From the NCBI GenBank assembly GCA_964202905.1, contig CAXNJO010000008.1:64001-128000 (forward strand): 64,000 nt of DNA, in the 5' to 3' direction. The notes beneath the pieces are model-generated. The model was given only the letters and a program-made list of their open reading frames with translations, ran no database searches and was not told the DNA's origin. The translations under genes and the position numbers were made by a program. Shown here piece after piece: positions 44,194 through 52,800 of this stretch (its first letter is position 1; the number at the start of each line of letters is the position of its first letter). This DNA comes from Polyangiales bacterium. GTDB lineage: Bacteria; Myxococcota_A; Polyangia; Polyangiales; JADJQN01.

Positions 44194-44320
44194 ACGACCC
44201 CGTGCCGCACGCAATGACCCCGTGCCGCACGCAATGACCCCGTGCCGCACGCAACGACCCCGTGCCGCACGCAACGACCCCGTGCCGCACGCAACGACGC
44301 CGTGCCGCATGCAACGACGC
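44194..44320. repeat. Intergenic 20-bp tandem repeat, 6 copies, each with palindrome CGTGCnGCACG
   Basis: Unit CGTGCCGCACGCAA(T/C)GACCC at 44201, 44221, 44241, 44261, 44281 and 44301. The last two are slightly degenerate. Confidence 0.95.
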
Positions 44321-44339
44321 GGAGCAGGGCGCGGCGTCG

Positions 44340-45071
44340 TCAGACCTTGCGGTACACGCCGACGACGACGCCGAGGAGCTGCGTGCTGCGCCAATCGCTC
44401 CGCGAGACGAGGATCGGTGCCATCGTGTGGTTCTCCGGCTGGAGCCGCACGTGGTCGCGCTCAGGGAAGTAGCGCTTGCACGTGGCCTCGTCGCCGACGA
44501 GCGCGACGACGATGTCCCCGCGGCGGGCCTCGAGCTGCTTGCGCACGAAGACGTAGTCGCCGTGGTGGATGCCGGCCTCGATCATCGACTCGCCGCTGAT
44601 ACGCAGCCCAAACACGTCGCGCCCGCCGCCCCCGCCGATGAGCATGCGGTCGATGCGCACGCAGTCTTCCGGCTCGGCGTGCGAGAAGTCGATGGCCTCG
44701 CTCAGCGCGCCCGCCGCGACGCGGCCGAGGATCGGCACCTCGAGGATGTCGTCCGACACGGCGTACCGGCCCGTGGGCTCGGCGCCGGGCGCGCCGTCCC
44801 TCGTGCGGCCCTCGGCGGGCACGTCGGCCGCGCGCAGGTCGGCGAGCATGGACTGCGCGAGCGTCGTCGGGCGCAGCGTGCGCGACTTCATGTCCTCGCG
44901 CGTGAGGAAGCCCTTCCGCTCGAGGGCGCGGAGGTGGTCGTTCACCCCGTTCGTGCTGCGGATCCCCATCACGTTGCCGATCTCGCGCAGCGTGGGCGGA
45001 TACCCGTTGTCGTCGATCGCGCGGAGGATGTATTCGAGCACTTTACGCTGCCGCTCGGTGAGCTGTTGCAT
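44340..45071 (-). CDS. lexA: SOS repressor LexA
   Basis: LTERQ..GYPPTLREIG..HLRALERKGFL winged HTH, VAAG cleavage site, GESM catalytic Ser, ATCKR catalytic Lys. Confidence 0.96.
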   Translation of the reverse strand: MQQLTERQRKVLEYILRAIDDNGYPPTLREIGNVMGIRSTNGVNDHLRALERKGFLTREDMKSRTLRPTTLAQSMLADLRAADVPAEGRTRDGAPGAEPTGRYAVSDDILEVPILGRVAAGALSEAIDFSHAEPEDCVRIDRMLIGGGGGRDVFGLRISGESMIEAGIHHGDYVFVRKQLEARRGDIVVALVGDEATCKRYFPERDHVRLQPENHTMAPILVSRSDWRSTQLLGVVVGVYRKV

Positions 45072-45182
45072 GGCGCGTGATCTCCCGGGGGGCGAGCCGG
45101 TGTGCGGGAATCCTGTACGGATGACCCCTGCGCGTCCGGATAGGTCCGGCGAGTGAAACCACGCTTCACGCATCGTGTCAAA

Positions 45183-45202
45183 TGATCAGCGCTGTACACC
45201 TG
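45183..45202. promoter_or_regulatory. Candidate LexA operator (imperfect palindrome TGATCAGCGCTGTACA)
   Basis: Upstream of lexA. CTGTACACCTG matches the left part of the M. xanthus box CTRHAMRYBYGTTCAGS, but the right part does not. Confidence 0.3.
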
Positions 45203-45297
45203 CGCGGGTGATGGCGGGGTGGGACGTCGCGGCGCGCGTGCGCAGATCGAACACCGCGCCCGTCCGTCGCAGCGCGGGCACCCACGGAGACCGCCCC

Positions 45298-47625
45298 ATG
45301 CCCATCCACGCCTCCCTCCGCGCGCTCGTGTTCGCCGCGCTCCTCGCGTCCGTCTGCGCGCTCGCCGCGCCCGGGCGCGCGCACGCCGTCGGCGTGCTCT
45401 TGCCGACGCAGGTCGAGCTCGAGCCGCTCGCCATCCGCAGCCACCGCGTGCGCGTCACCGTGCGCGAGCGATCCGCGGAGACGCGCGTCGAGCAGGTCTT
45501 CCGCAACCACACGGGGCAGCGACTCGAGGCGACCTACGTCTTCCCCGTGCCAGCAGGCGCGACGGTGAGCGGCTTCGCGATGTGGGTGAACGGTCAGCGT
45601 TTGCAGGGCGAGCTGCTCGACGCGGCACAGGCGCGCGGAATCTACGAGCAGATCGTCGCGCGCATGCGTGATCCGGGGCTGCTCGAGTCGATGGGCGGCA
45701 ATCTCTTTCGCGCCCGCGTCTTCCCGATCGAGCCGAACAGCGATCAGCGCGTCGAGATCAGCTTCACGCAGGCGCTCGACTACCAGGCCGGCGTCGTCCA
45801 CTACCGCTACCCGCTGAAGATGTCCGGCCGCGCTGCGCGCACGCTCGAAGACCTCACGATCTCCGCGGAGATCGTCTCGCGCACGCCCATCCGCGCCGTG
45901 TACTCGCCGACGCACGCCATCTCCGTCTCGCGGCCCGACGACCACCGCGCGGTCGTCGGCTTCGAGGCGCAGCGCGCGACGCTCGACACCGACTTCGACC
46001 TCTACTACGCGGTGCAAGACCGCGACGTCGGGCTCTCGCTGCTCACGCACCGCGAGTCGGGCGACGAGGGCTATTTCCTCGCGATGATCGCGCCGCCCGC
46101 GGAGATCGCCGAGCGCGAGATCGCGGCGAAGGAGGTGCTCTTCGTCTTCGACACCTCGGGCTCGATGGCGGGCGAGAAGCTCGAGCGCGCGCGCACCGCG
46201 CTCGACGGCATGCTCGCGCGGCTGCGCTCCGCCGATCGCTTCCAGGTGCTGCGCTTCTCGACGGATGTCGAGGCGCTCTTCGACGGCGGCCGCAGCGCCG
46301 AGGCCACGCCCGACAACATCGCGCGCGCCCGCCGCTTCGCGCGCGGCTTCGCGGCCGCGGGCGGCACCGCGATCGAGCCCGCGCTCGCCGAGGCCCTGCG
46401 CGCGCCCGCGCAGAGCGGCATGCCGCGCATGGTCGTCTTCCTCACGGACGGGATGCCGACCGTCGGCGAGACGGATCCGGGCCGCATCGTCGAGGCGATT
46501 GGGGCGCGCGTGGGCGACGCGCGGCTCTTCGTGTTCGGCGTCGGTGACGACGTCAACACCACCTTTTTGGATGCCCTCGCGCAGCGCGGCCGCGGCGTCG
46601 GCGACTACTTCCGCGACGGCGCCGAGCTCGAGCGCCGCCTCTCGGTCTTCTACGATCGCATCGCGTACCCGGTGCTCACGGACCTCTCGCTCGCGCTGCC
46701 GGGCGCCGGCGCCTTCGACGTCTATCCGCGCGATCTCGGGCACCTCTACCGCGGCGGGCAGCTCCTCGTCGTCGGGCGCTACCGCGGTGAGGGCTCGAGT
46801 CGCGTCACGCTCGCGGGCAAGCTCGGCGCGGACACGGCGCCGCGCGAGTTCGCCTTCGACGTCGCCTTCCCACGGAGCGAGGCGCAGAACGATTTTCTCC
46901 CGCGCGTCTGGGCCACGCGGAAGATCGGCTATCTGCTCGACGAGATCCGCCTGCACGGCGAGCGCGCGGAGCTGCGCGAGGAGGTCATCGCGCTCTCGCG
47001 CCGCTTCGGCATCGTGACGCCGTACACGAGCTACCTCGTCGCACCCGACAACGAGTACGCGGCCGTGCGTGTCACGGAGGAGCGCGACGACACGCGCGTG
47101 TGGCGCCGTCCGCCGCCCGACAGGCCCATGTCGTCGAGCGCTTCGATGCCCGCGCCGCGTGCAGCAGCGCCCGCCGCCGCGGCGCGCGACTTCGAATCGT
47201 TCGATGCGGCGAGCGTCGGCGCCGCGCGCGGCGGTGGCGGCATGCCCTCCGCGCCTGCGGCGGCGGCACCTTCGGGCGGCATGGGCGACGGCGGACGTCG
47301 TCTCTCGGCGCGGCTGCGCACGATGCGCGAGGCCGAGCGCGCGGGCAGCGACGAGGGGCTCACCGCGCGCTTCGTCGCGGGGCGCACCTTCACGCGCACG
47401 GGCGCGGGCTGGAGCGACGCACGCTACCGCAGCGGGATGCGCGTGCTGCGCATCCGCGCGATGGGCGCCGCCTACTTCGCGGTGCTGCGCGCGCGCCCCG
47501 AACTCGCCACCGCGTTCGCGCTCGGCGATGCGGTCACGGTGGCGCTCGACGCGGAGCGCGCCGTCATCGTGGACCCCTCTGCGCCCGAGGTGTCGGCCGA
47601 CGAGGTCACGCGCTTCCTGCGCTGA
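45298..47625 (+). CDS. Secreted VIT plus vWA domain protein
   Basis: QVFRN..LEATYVFPVP..FAMW VIT domain. MIDAS DTSGSM, GGT and FLTDG. IVTPYTSYLV. Confidence 0.92.
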   Translation: MPIHASLRALVFAALLASVCALAAPGRAHAVGVLLPTQVELEPLAIRSHRVRVTVRERSAETRVEQVFRNHTGQRLEATYVFPVPAGATVSGFAMWVNGQRLQGELLDAAQARGIYEQIVARMRDPGLLESMGGNLFRARVFPIEPNSDQRVEISFTQALDYQAGVVHYRYPLKMSGRAARTLEDLTISAEIVSRTPIRAVYSPTHAISVSRPDDHRAVVGFEAQRATLDTDFDLYYAVQDRDVGLSLLTHRESGDEGYFLAMIAPPAEIAEREIAAKEVLFVFDTSGSMAGEKLERARTALDGMLARLRSADRFQVLRFSTDVEALFDGGRSAEATPDNIARARRFARGFAAAGGTAIEPALAEALRAPAQSGMPRMVVFLTDGMPTVGETDPGRIVEAIGARVGDARLFVFGVGDDVNTTFLDALAQRGRGVGDYFRDGAELERRLSVFYDRIAYPVLTDLSLALPGAGAFDVYPRDLGHLYRGGQLLVVGRYRGEGSSRVTLAGKLGADTAPREFAFDVAFPRSEAQNDFLPRVWATRKIGYLLDEIRLHGERAELREEVIALSRRFGIVTPYTSYLVAPDNEYAAVRVTEERDDTRVWRRPPPDRPMSSSASMPAPRAAAPAAAARDFESFDAASVGAARGGGGMPSAPAAAAPSGGMGDGGRRLSARLRTMREAERAGSDEGLTARFVAGRTFTRTGAGWSDARYRSGMRVLRIRAMGAAYFAVLRARPELATAFALGDAVTVALDAERAVIVDPSAPEVSADEVTRFLR

Positions 47626-47640
47626 ATGACGATTCAGCGC
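47619..47640 (+). terminator. Stem-loop at the VIT-vWA stop (no U-tract)
   Basis: GCGCTGAAT-gacg-ATTCAGCGC perfect 9-bp stem. Confidence 0.4.
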
Positions 47641-47654
47641 CGGGCGCGGTGAGG

Positions 47655-47682
47655 GCGCGCGTCGCGCGGACGAGCGCGGCGC
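47655..47682 (+). repeat. 28-bp direct repeat, left copy
   Basis: GCGCGCGTCGCGCGGACGAGCGCGGCGC is identical to 49130-49157. Confidence 0.9.
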
Positions 47683-47744
47683 GCGTCTCCATGTGGCCCC
47701 GCTCGAACAACGCCGACGCGAAGGCATCGACGCCGCATCGGTCT

Positions 47745-47933
47745 ACGGAGAAGGGCACAGGCTGCTTCACGCGCTACGGTCAGGTCGTCGGCAAGATCCA
47801 GAGCGCGACGTTGGGCTGCAGCATCTGGCCGTTCGTCGGGCAGCGTCCCTGGGAGTTGGTCTACTTCCTCACGAGCGTGCGGCATGTCCGCGTGCCGAAG
47901 GCGGAACTCGTGGGTGCACTGGGCCATTCGCCT
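47745..47933 (+). pseudogene. Gene fragment, possibly an EVE/PUA-like domain of a restriction-type protein
   Basis: Coding-like stretch TEKGTGCFTRYGQVVGKIQSATLGCSIWP..PWELVYFL..KAELVGALGH with no convincing start or end. Confidence 0.3.
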
Positions 47934-48306
47934 GTCGACCAGGGTTGCCGGTTCCACTGCGGACCGCGTGCGCGAGCGATGCGGCGCCGCGAGTCGAAGG
48001 CAGGTCAGTCGGACGCACTGAAGACGTTCTTGCCCAACTCCCAATTGCCCGCGCGGCCTGGACGGTCGCCGCGCAGCACTCCCAGTTCCCGACCCCGATC
48101 TCCAAATCGTGATGGAGAGTCCCCAGCTATCGAAGTCGGTGCTGAAAGGCTCCGGGAGAACTCCGCGCTCTCGAAACCGATGTTGAAATCGATTCGGAAA
48201 GCTCCCCGACTCCCACGGGCTGATTCGGAAGGCCGACGGGGCGATTCAGACGGCGCGTGCGGCCGCGTCGTGACCTGAAGCACGGCGCGGTCCCGTCCTG
48301 CGCACC

Positions 48307-48347
48307 TTGACGCCGCCCCTCGCTCCTTGTCATACACCGCGTATGAC
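48307..48347 (+). promoter_or_regulatory. TA promoter with operator palindrome GTCATAC-N5-GTATGAC
   Basis: TTGACG -35 at 48307 and TG-n-CATACA -10 at 48331. A perfect 7-bp inverted repeat (48329-48347) overlaps the -10 and the ATG. Confidence 0.7.
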
Positions 48348-48609
48348 GACCTCGCAGAGGCGGATCAATGCGCGGGTTCCGGCGGAGATCGCGCGCAAGC
48401 TCGCAGTGCTCGAGCGGCGCACCGGGCTCGGGACGACGGAGATCGTGCTCCGCGCGATCGAGCGCTATCACGCGGCCTGCGAGGACGAGGACGCGCAGCC
48501 GGCGGCACTGCTCCGCGAAGCCGGTTTCGTGGGCTGCGCGGAAGGGCCGGCCACGCTCTCGCGCGACTACAAGGCGGAGCTCACGCGCTCGCTCGGGTCG
48601 AAGGCGTGA
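48343..48609 (+). CDS. Ribbon-helix-helix antitoxin (VapB-like)
   Basis: RINARV beta-strand plus two helices. GFVGCAEGP..LSRDYK C-terminus. Overlaps the toxin start. Confidence 0.8.
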   Translation: MTTSQRRINARVPAEIARKLAVLERRTGLGTTEIVLRAIERYHAACEDEDAQPAALLREAGFVGCAEGPATLSRDYKAELTRSLGSKA

Positions 48610-49022
48610 TCCTCGCGGACACGGGGTTCTGGCTCGCGCTCGCCAACCGCGCGGACGTACACCATGCGCGCGCGGTCGCCGCGCTCGGAAAGCACCGTGG
48701 GCCCTTCGTGACGACCTGGCCCGTGATGACGGAGACCTGTCATCTGCTCGCTGCCCGCCTCGGGACGGAGGCAGAGCTCGCCTTCATCCAGAGCGGGGTG
48801 CGCGGCGCGTTCCGCATCTTCGCGCTCGAGCCCACGCACCTGCCGCGCATCGAGGTGCTGATGCGCAAGTACGCGTCGCTCCCCATGGATCTCGCGGACG
48901 CCTCGCTCGTCATCCTCGCCGAGGAATCGGACACCGGCGACATCCTCTCGACCGACGCGCGCGACTTCGGCGCCTATCGCTGGAAGCACCGCAAACCGTT
49001 TCGGAATCGGCTTCTTCCGTGA
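48606..49022 (+). CDS. vapC: PIN-domain toxin
   Basis: ILADTG, VMTETCHLL, MDLADASLV and STDARDF acidic PIN motifs. Confidence 0.9.
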   Translation: MILADTGFWLALANRADVHHARAVAALGKHRGPFVTTWPVMTETCHLLAARLGTEAELAFIQSGVRGAFRIFALEPTHLPRIEVLMRKYASLPMDLADASLVILAEESDTGDILSTDARDFGAYRWKHRKPFRNRLLP

Positions 49023-49129
49023 GGCGTGGCGCATCGACCCCCGGCGCGGCGCGCGGCGGCCGGTCGACGGGGAGGGTGGAGACGCCCTCGGCGGTGAGGC
49101 CGACGGCGGCTGCGAGGGGGCGGCGCTGA

Positions 49130-49157
49130 GCGCGCGTCGCGCGGACGAGCGCGGCGC
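49130..49157 (+). repeat. 28-bp direct repeat, right copy
   Basis: Identical to 47655-47682. Degenerate similarity continues for about 40 bp (CCCCGC(T)TCGAA..ACGCCGACGC). Confidence 0.9.
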
Positions 49158-49327
49158 TCATCCCCCGCTTCGAAGGACGCCGACGCCGAGGACCCCGGCG
49201 CCCGGGTGAGCGCGCGAGGCCCACGTCGCGACACGGGCGGCATCGCGTCGATAGGGCGCGTGCAAACACCCCGCGACGAGTGTGTGACGTCGGCCGCAGG
49301 CGCTCGATCGTCGGTTAGGGAGTCGGT

Positions 49328-50845
49328 GTGTTCACGTCGGAATCCGCGCCCGGAGCGTGCGCCGTGGCCCTCCTGGCGTGGGCTGCGACGCTCGTCGGCT
49401 GTGCGGAAGGCCCGCGGGCCGACGCGCGTACGGAGTTCGTCGTCTCGACGCTCACGCGCACGGATCAGGTGTTTGCGCGGGCCCGTCCCGCGCTGCTCGC
49501 CGGCAAATACGCGCGCATGGCGCAGCGTCCGTACGACTTCTATCGGGGGACTTTTTCGCTCTTTCTGGCCGACGTGCGCGATCCCCGCGCGACGATAGGC
49601 GACACACGCTTCGCGATCGATGGACCGCTGCCGCTCGCGCTCGGCGATGCCCATCCCGAGAATTTCGGCGTGCTCGTCGCGGGCGACGGGTCGCTGGCGA
49701 TCGAGCCCAACGACTTCGATGCGGCCGATCGCTGGCCGTATCACTGGGACCTGCGGCGCCTGATCACGGGCGTGCTCGTGGGGGCGCGCGAGTCGAAGGG
49801 CAGCGACGCCGCGGCGCTCGACGCGTGGCGCGCGGCGGAGCCCGAGGTGGCACGCGCGATCGCCGACGCGTACGCGGAGACCATCGCGGCGCTCGCGGAG
49901 GGTGCGCCCCCCGCGCGGCTCGAGGGGCCCGGCAGCGAGCCGATCCTCGCCGACCTCTTCGCGCGTTCGACGCGCGATCTCGCGTCCCGCGCGGAGCTCG
50001 CAGCGCTCACCGAAGTCGACGCCGCGGGCGTGCGCCGCCTGCGGCGAGGACCCGTCGACCCCGACGATCCGCAGGCATTCCTCGCGGAGTTGCCGACCTT
50101 CGCACGCGCAGACGTCGATGCCGCGGTCGCCGCGTACCGCGACACGCTCGTCGCCCCGCCGGGCCCCGATTCGCTGCGCGTGCTCGATGCCGCGCGCGAG
50201 TTCGGCAGTGGCGTCGCGAGCTGGCCCCGCCTCCGGGTGCTCGTGCTCGTCGCCGGGGCCACGCCCGCGCCGGACGACGACGAGATCCTCGAGATCAAGG
50301 AGCTCGCCGATTCGGGCGCGCGCGCGTGGTTTCCGCCGGGGCTCCTCGCGCGCGACGTGGGGGCGCGGATTCGTCGCGTCTCGCGGCTCGCGTGGGCGCG
50401 CGACGACGCGGAGTCGCGCTGGGGTACGTCGCAGTGGCTCGGACTGCCGGTGCAGATCCGGCGCGAGGCCGAAGGCCAGAAGAACGTGCGCGTGGCGCGC
50501 TGGGTCGGGACGCGCGGCACGGTCGAGGCCATCCGCGGGGCGGGCGCGACCCTTGCCCGTCTCGTCGCGCGGATCCACGCGGTTCGTCTCGAGGGCGTCG
50601 ACGCAGCGGGGCCCATCGCGGCCGCTGTTCGCCGCGATCCACGGGGCTTCGCCGACGAGCAGGCCGCGGCGTGCATCGCGTACGCGACGCAGGTCGAGGA
50701 CGATCACGCGCGCTTCGTCGAGGCCCTGCGCGCGCGCGGACCGACGCTGGGGGTCGTGCCCGCGCCGGGCGATGCGCCCCCACCGGATTTCGCCGCGGTG
50801 CTCGGTGCGCCGCCCGCGCCCACCCCTCTCCCGGAGAGCCCGTGA
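49328..50845 (+). CDS. DUF2252-family kinase-like protein with lipoprotein signal
   Basis: KYARM..PYDFYRGT, GDAHPENFG, NDFDAA..P..WDLRRL, GSGVAS and LEIKE motifs. Lipobox LVGC. Confidence 0.8.
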   Translation: MFTSESAPGACAVALLAWAATLVGCAEGPRADARTEFVVSTLTRTDQVFARARPALLAGKYARMAQRPYDFYRGTFSLFLADVRDPRATIGDTRFAIDGPLPLALGDAHPENFGVLVAGDGSLAIEPNDFDAADRWPYHWDLRRLITGVLVGARESKGSDAAALDAWRAAEPEVARAIADAYAETIAALAEGAPPARLEGPGSEPILADLFARSTRDLASRAELAALTEVDAAGVRRLRRGPVDPDDPQAFLAELPTFARADVDAAVAAYRDTLVAPPGPDSLRVLDAAREFGSGVASWPRLRVLVLVAGATPAPDDDEILEIKELADSGARAWFPPGLLARDVGARIRRVSRLAWARDDAESRWGTSQWLGLPVQIRREAEGQKNVRVARWVGTRGTVEAIRGAGATLARLVARIHAVRLEGVDAAGPIAAAVRRDPRGFADEQAAACIAYATQVEDDHARFVEALRARGPTLGVVPAPGDAPPPDFAAVLGAPPAPTPLPESP

Positions 50846-50850
50846 ACGTG

Positions 50851-52006
50851 ATGGTCAGCCTGCTGCCTCGTTCCTCCCTCGGCCCCGCGATCACGCTGCT
50901 CGCGCTGCTCTCGGGCGCCGCGCCGTCGCGCGCGCAGGCACCCGACGCGACGGCTGCGCCCCAGCCGTTCTCGCCCCCCGACGGTTCGCGCGCGGGCACC
51001 ACGTCGCGCGCCGCCGCGATCACGCCGGGGCTCGAGGTGTTCGCGCGCTACGGCGCGACGATCCGGGAGACGTCGGCGGACCCCGCGTGGGATCACGCCT
51101 TCGACGTCCCGCGGGTGCACGCGTCGCTCACCGGGCGCTACGAGGGCGTGGAGGCCCGCGTGCTCCTCGAGGGCGTGCGCTCGACGGCGCAGGGCGCGCT
51201 CGTCGGCGTCGCGACGGACAGCATCCTGCTCCGACTCCGCGAAGCGCGCATCGGCTATCACGCGCTCGACGACGCGCTCGAGGTGCAGCTCGGCATCGTT
51301 CCTCTCCTGACCATTCCCGCGCTGGAGAGTGCGTGGGGGCTGCGCGTCGTCGCGCCCACGCCCCTCGAAGAGAGCGCGCTCGCCGTCCCAGCCGACCTCG
51401 GCGCGCGGGTCACGCTGACGTTGCCCGCGCGGCTCGGCTGGGTGGGCCTCGCGGGCACGAGCGGCGAGGGCTACGCGTCCCGCGAGCTGAACCGAGGCAA
51501 GAACACGGAATTCGCCGCCGAGCTCCATCCACTCGCGTCCGTCGCGCCCGCGCTTGCGCCGCTCGCGCTGCTCGTCTCCGGGGTGTGGGGTTCGCAGGGG
51601 GTGGGCTCGACGCGCGCGCACCGGCTCACGGCGGGGCTCCTGTGGCGTGGTGATTTTCGCGAGGGCGCGCGGACCGACGCGCCCCTGGCGGCCGGCGTCG
51701 CCGTGACGTCCGCGTGGGGCGTCGAGGATGTCGCAGCGCGCGAGGCGCTGCTGATCGAGGCGTTCGCGCGCACGGAGCTCTTCGCGCGGGTCCTCGTCGC
51801 CGCGCGATTCGTGCACGTGCTTTCGCGATCGGCGGGTCGACGCGGATCGCCTCACGACGGCGCTGATCAGCGTGGGTTATCGCGTCGCCGCACCCCTCGA
51901 GCTGCACCTCGCGATCACGCGCGACGTGCCCGCCTCGGCCGCGCGGGCCGCGCTGCCCGGCAGCGATCGCTGGGACCTCGCGCTCAACGCCCGCGCCCTC
52001 TTCTGA
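50851..52006 (+). CDS. Outer-membrane beta-barrel (porin-like); apparent +1 frameshift near 51821
   Basis: Signal peptide, FDVPRVH, REARIGY, GEGY..ELNRGKN. Removing one T gives an ending DLALNARALF-stop with a terminal Phe. Confidence 0.7.
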
Positions 52007-52041
52007 GCCGCGCGTGCGGTTCCTCGAATCCGGAGACGACC

Positions 52042-52746
52042 ATGTCCAGACGCGCCACACGAATCCGCCCTCTCTCACTCGTCCTCCTCACCGCGTTCGC
52101 GCCCTGGGTCGGCTGCGCGGAGGCCGGCGGGGACCCGCCTCCACCGTCGCGTGACGCCGGTCCGCGCGACCTCGGCCCCGAGCCCTCCGATCTTGCGACC
52201 CCACCTCCGGATCTGGGCGGGTCGTCGCCGGATCTCGGGGACACGGACGGTGGCTCGTCCCCTGGCGCCGGCGCGCTCGCGATCAACGAGATCCGCGCGA
52301 CCGGGGACGACTGGATCGAGCTGATGAACACCGGGGCGACTTCCCTCGATGTCTCCGGGCTGCGCGTCGCGGACTACGACGACGTCGCGATGGGCCCGAA
52401 AGTCGCCGAGGCCGTCGCCATCCCGGCCGGGACCACCATCCCCGCAGGGGGGTATTTCGTCATCGTGGCAGACGTCGCCGCACCGCGCGCCGGTCTCCAG
52501 ACGGGCTGTCTCGCCGGGGTCGTGCCCGCGTGTGTGGAGGCGCCCTACGGACTCAGCGGCTCGCGCGGCGACCGGGTCTACGTGCTCGCCGCCGCGAGCG
52601 ACACGGTGCTCCTCGAGGCCGAATATCCTGGGCCCGGCGCGCCGACGACGGTGCCCGACGGGAGCACCTGGGCACGCCTTCCGAATGGCACGGGGGCGTT
52701 CGCCGTCGGCGCGCCCACGCCCGCGGCCGAGAACGCTGGGCCCTGA
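52042..52746 (+). CDS. Lamin-tail-domain lipoprotein
   Basis: Lipobox WVGC. INEIRATGDDWIELMN, IPAGTTIPAGGYFVI, YGLS..GD and SWARLPNGTG..PTP..EN-type motifs. Confidence 0.8.
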   Translation: MSRRATRIRPLSLVLLTAFAPWVGCAEAGGDPPPPSRDAGPRDLGPEPSDLATPPPDLGGSSPDLGDTDGGSSPGAGALAINEIRATGDDWIELMNTGATSLDVSGLRVADYDDVAMGPKVAEAVAIPAGTTIPAGGYFVIVADVAAPRAGLQTGCLAGVVPACVEAPYGLSGSRGDRVYVLAAASDTVLLEAEYPGPGAPTTVPDGSTWARLPNGTGAFAVGAPTPAAENAGP

Positions 52747-52800
52747 GTCCCGCGCGGACGCGCGTGGCAAACTCCCCGGCTCGTTCCGAACGGAGCGCGC

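Noticed and set aside
44194..44320. CRISPR array
   Set aside because: The linkers are 9 bp and nearly identical rather than unique spacers, the period is only 20 bp, and no cas genes are in the window.
47655..49330. Integron cassette (attC) interpretation of the TA module
   Set aside because: No RYYYAAC...GTTRRRY bounded hairpin could be found and there is no integron integrase.
49357..52746. 1129-aa ORF as a single porin/lamin-tail fusion protein
   Set aside because: Artefact of a shadow frame plus the indel near 51821. The porin ends in Phe-stop at 52006, and the next gene has its own RBS and signal peptide.
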